A stretch of DNA of 63,145 nt, the filler included, from Rhabdomonas costata (Eukaryota): the NCBI GenBank assembly GCA_019059605.1. It is 36 parts of 36 records of this genome, joined end to end, with 100 filler letters (N's around TTAATTAATTAA, not from the genome) between each part and the next. Parts side by side here need not be neighbours in the genome. Positions count along the whole stretch, not along the records: positions 59,735 to 61,390 come from JAHMHO010011196.1; positions 61,491 to 63,145 come from JAHMHO010011197.1; 34 more parts are not named here. One strand, written 5' to 3'. The position numbers and the translations under genes were made by a program. The notes under the pieces are model-generated. The model had not been told where the DNA came from. It was given only the letters and a program-made list of their open reading frames with translations, and ran no database searches. Shown in pieces: positions 61,135 through 63,145 of the stretch (the first letter of the stretch is position 1; each line of letters starts with the position of its first letter).

Positions 61135-63145
61135 GTAGCCCCCCCTTATCCACCCATCATCCCCAACTCGAACTCCTGTGAGTCGCATTGTGGATTCAGA
61201 AGCTGATGTTGCTGCTCATTGAAACTTTGCTCCGTTCTCCGTGCTGCACACAAAACCATGAGATTTTTTTTTTTGCATTTTGACTGACGCGAAGAGAAGC
61301 AAATTCGAAGCGCAACAAAACATGAACATTTATCCATCAGCAATCATTGTCACAGGATCCTGCCGGTTTCATTTTGGTCCACACACAACCNNNNNNNNNN
61401 NNNNNNNNNNNNNNNNNNNNNNNNNNNNNNNNNNTTAATTAATTAANNNNNNNNNNNNNNNNNNNNNNNNNNNNNNNNNNNNNNNNNNNNGTGTTGGTGT
61501 GCTGGCTATGAGCCGTCGTCCTCTCCAGTGTTTGGCTGAACAGTGTGAAACAGCTCTCCAGCAGAGATTTTGTTTCGTGTTTGTTCCTTATCGGTTGTTC
61601 CCCGTTAGTGAGACGTGGAAGATGAGTGAAGGTTGAGAAACCTACAGTGGAGTCCGAAGTTTTTTGATTTGGAAATAGTTTGCCTGCACGCGTGGACAGC
61701 GGGTTCCAGCTCGGCTTATTTGGGTCGCCCTTTCTTTCACACGAACGGGACTCGCGAGGGCAGAAGGTTTCCCTCCCCGCCTTTTTTTATGGTGGGGGTG
61801 GTTCAGGCGAACGAGTTTTTGCGGAATGCGCTGGTGTTCGTTGTTTCGGCCGAACCGGCAATCCGGCACCACCTTCAGATCGACGAGCACACTGAACGGT
61901 CCTCCTTTCCCTCCAGCTGCGCGCCCCTGCTGCCCGCTCTTGGTGGGTGTTTGTACACGACTTCTCATGGGACAACCTTGAGTCTCGTTCTCCTAACTTT
62001 TCTGGTGTGTGCGGAAGACAGTGAGATGTTTCCACGAAGCTTGCATTCAATACTTTGCAAGCAAGTTGAAAATAAGAGAAGTAACAGAAAACGCCAAATT
62101 TCGGTGACTTTGTTTCGAAGTTTTGGGCGTTCCCGGTGGGAGCCCTGTGCGCGCTGCATTAGTGGTGTAATGGATGCTATGTCACGATTGCTGGTGGTGG
62201 GAGTAGCTTTCAGCTATCTAAAGGGCAATGGCAAAATTTGCACAACCCCCTACCACCAAAATAAACTCATTTGGAGAGTTCTGGCAGGTTTTCTCTAACT
62301 ATTAGTTTAGTTTAAAGAAAGAGAATTAAAAAGCCAGTTTTCTGCAGTCTAGTACCACTGGTACGGTTCCACTCCCCATCCCCACAACTCCATTGGACCG
62401 AAAGTACGAGAGTTCGTAATTCATTCAAAGAAGGCAATTGCTGTGAATCGGTCCTGCGGTTTTTTGTTCGTAGATCGTAGAAGTTCAGCAGCTGAGAAGC
62501 CTATGATAAGCCCCTTTCTCGCTTTTGGCTTTGGTTCCGGAGATTTGGTGGACAGCACTGATTGCTCAGCTTCTTTGTTTTTCAGAGCTGAGTTGCTCAT
62601 GGAACTGGAGACGCTCCTGCGTGACAGTTTTGCGGCAGCTGCGCTGTTGTCTCTGAAGAAGCAGTGCCAGTCCTTTGCCCTGGCTACGGTTCCCACCACC
62701 CAGGTTTTTTCATTCATGTTTCCGGAAGTCCAGAAAGCCTGGTGTCGTTACCGCTGCGTTTTGTGTGTCTGAAGTGGTTCTAGGCGTGTTTCGTTCGCTT
62801 AGGTTCGTCGCTTTCCGCTTCCTGTTTTTCGCCGCGTCCATGTTTCAGTCCTTCACAACACAATGTTACTCATTCTGTCGTGTTACCAGATTCCGTGTAG
62901 AAAAGCTAACATGATGATGGTGCGTACACTGACTGCCAGTGCGCGCTGCACACTGGTCAGTAACCACTCAGCTGCAGACGGAAAGTGAACGATAGGTGGT
63001 AGGGGCAGGCTCAGCACTGGTCCCATCAACACTGACCACTCGAATCCAATCCAAGGAGGAGACAGTTAGTTGTTGTTACCTCGAGCGAAGTATTATTTGA
63101 CTGAAGTCCTGAATCTCTGCGGGCTCCGGTACGACGCATGGTTGC

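Noticed and set aside
1658..61490. Regularly spaced TTAATTAATTAA repeats resembling an array
   Set aside because: Artificial N-flanked linker, not CRISPR or any biological repeat. ORFs ending in X...LIN are artefacts of it.
61491..63145. ORFs 61633-62298 and 62421-62717
   Set aside because: No motifs or convincing splice or codon signals

Overview
This window is not contiguous DNA. It is 36 unrelated contigs of about 1.65 kb, joined by 35 artificial 100-nt spacers (N44-TTAATTAATTAA-N44, stops in all frames), so there is no synteny across spacers. Most contigs begin with G/T-only bases and end with A/C-only bases, and many carry a terminal fold-back hairpin; this pattern suggests primer-based whole-genome amplification, probably single-cell. 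Most contigs come from an intron-rich, probably flagellated protist. A euglenozoan/euglenid-like identity is my inference. Recognisable exons include a class III nucleotide cyclase, WDR31, a receiver domain, GST theta, API5, an O-fucosyltransferase-like protein, an F-box protein, Sec24, ITPA, GH47 mannosidase, a Venus-flytrap receptor, a SAM-domain protein and ankyrin proteins. Decayed non-LTR and gypsy-like retroelements are also present. One AT-rich contig (49198-50854) is bacterial (FAD oxidoreductase, CopG/BrnA-like antitoxin, MATE transporter) and may come from an endosymbiont. The best novelty candidates are an ANK-[tandem duplicated unknown ~160-aa domain]-WWE protein, a bacterial-type 7-alpha-hydroxysteroid dehydrogenase in host-like DNA, and very degenerate 5' splice sites (including GC-AG), some with complementary intron ends. 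All family calls are by motif recognition; no searches were run.
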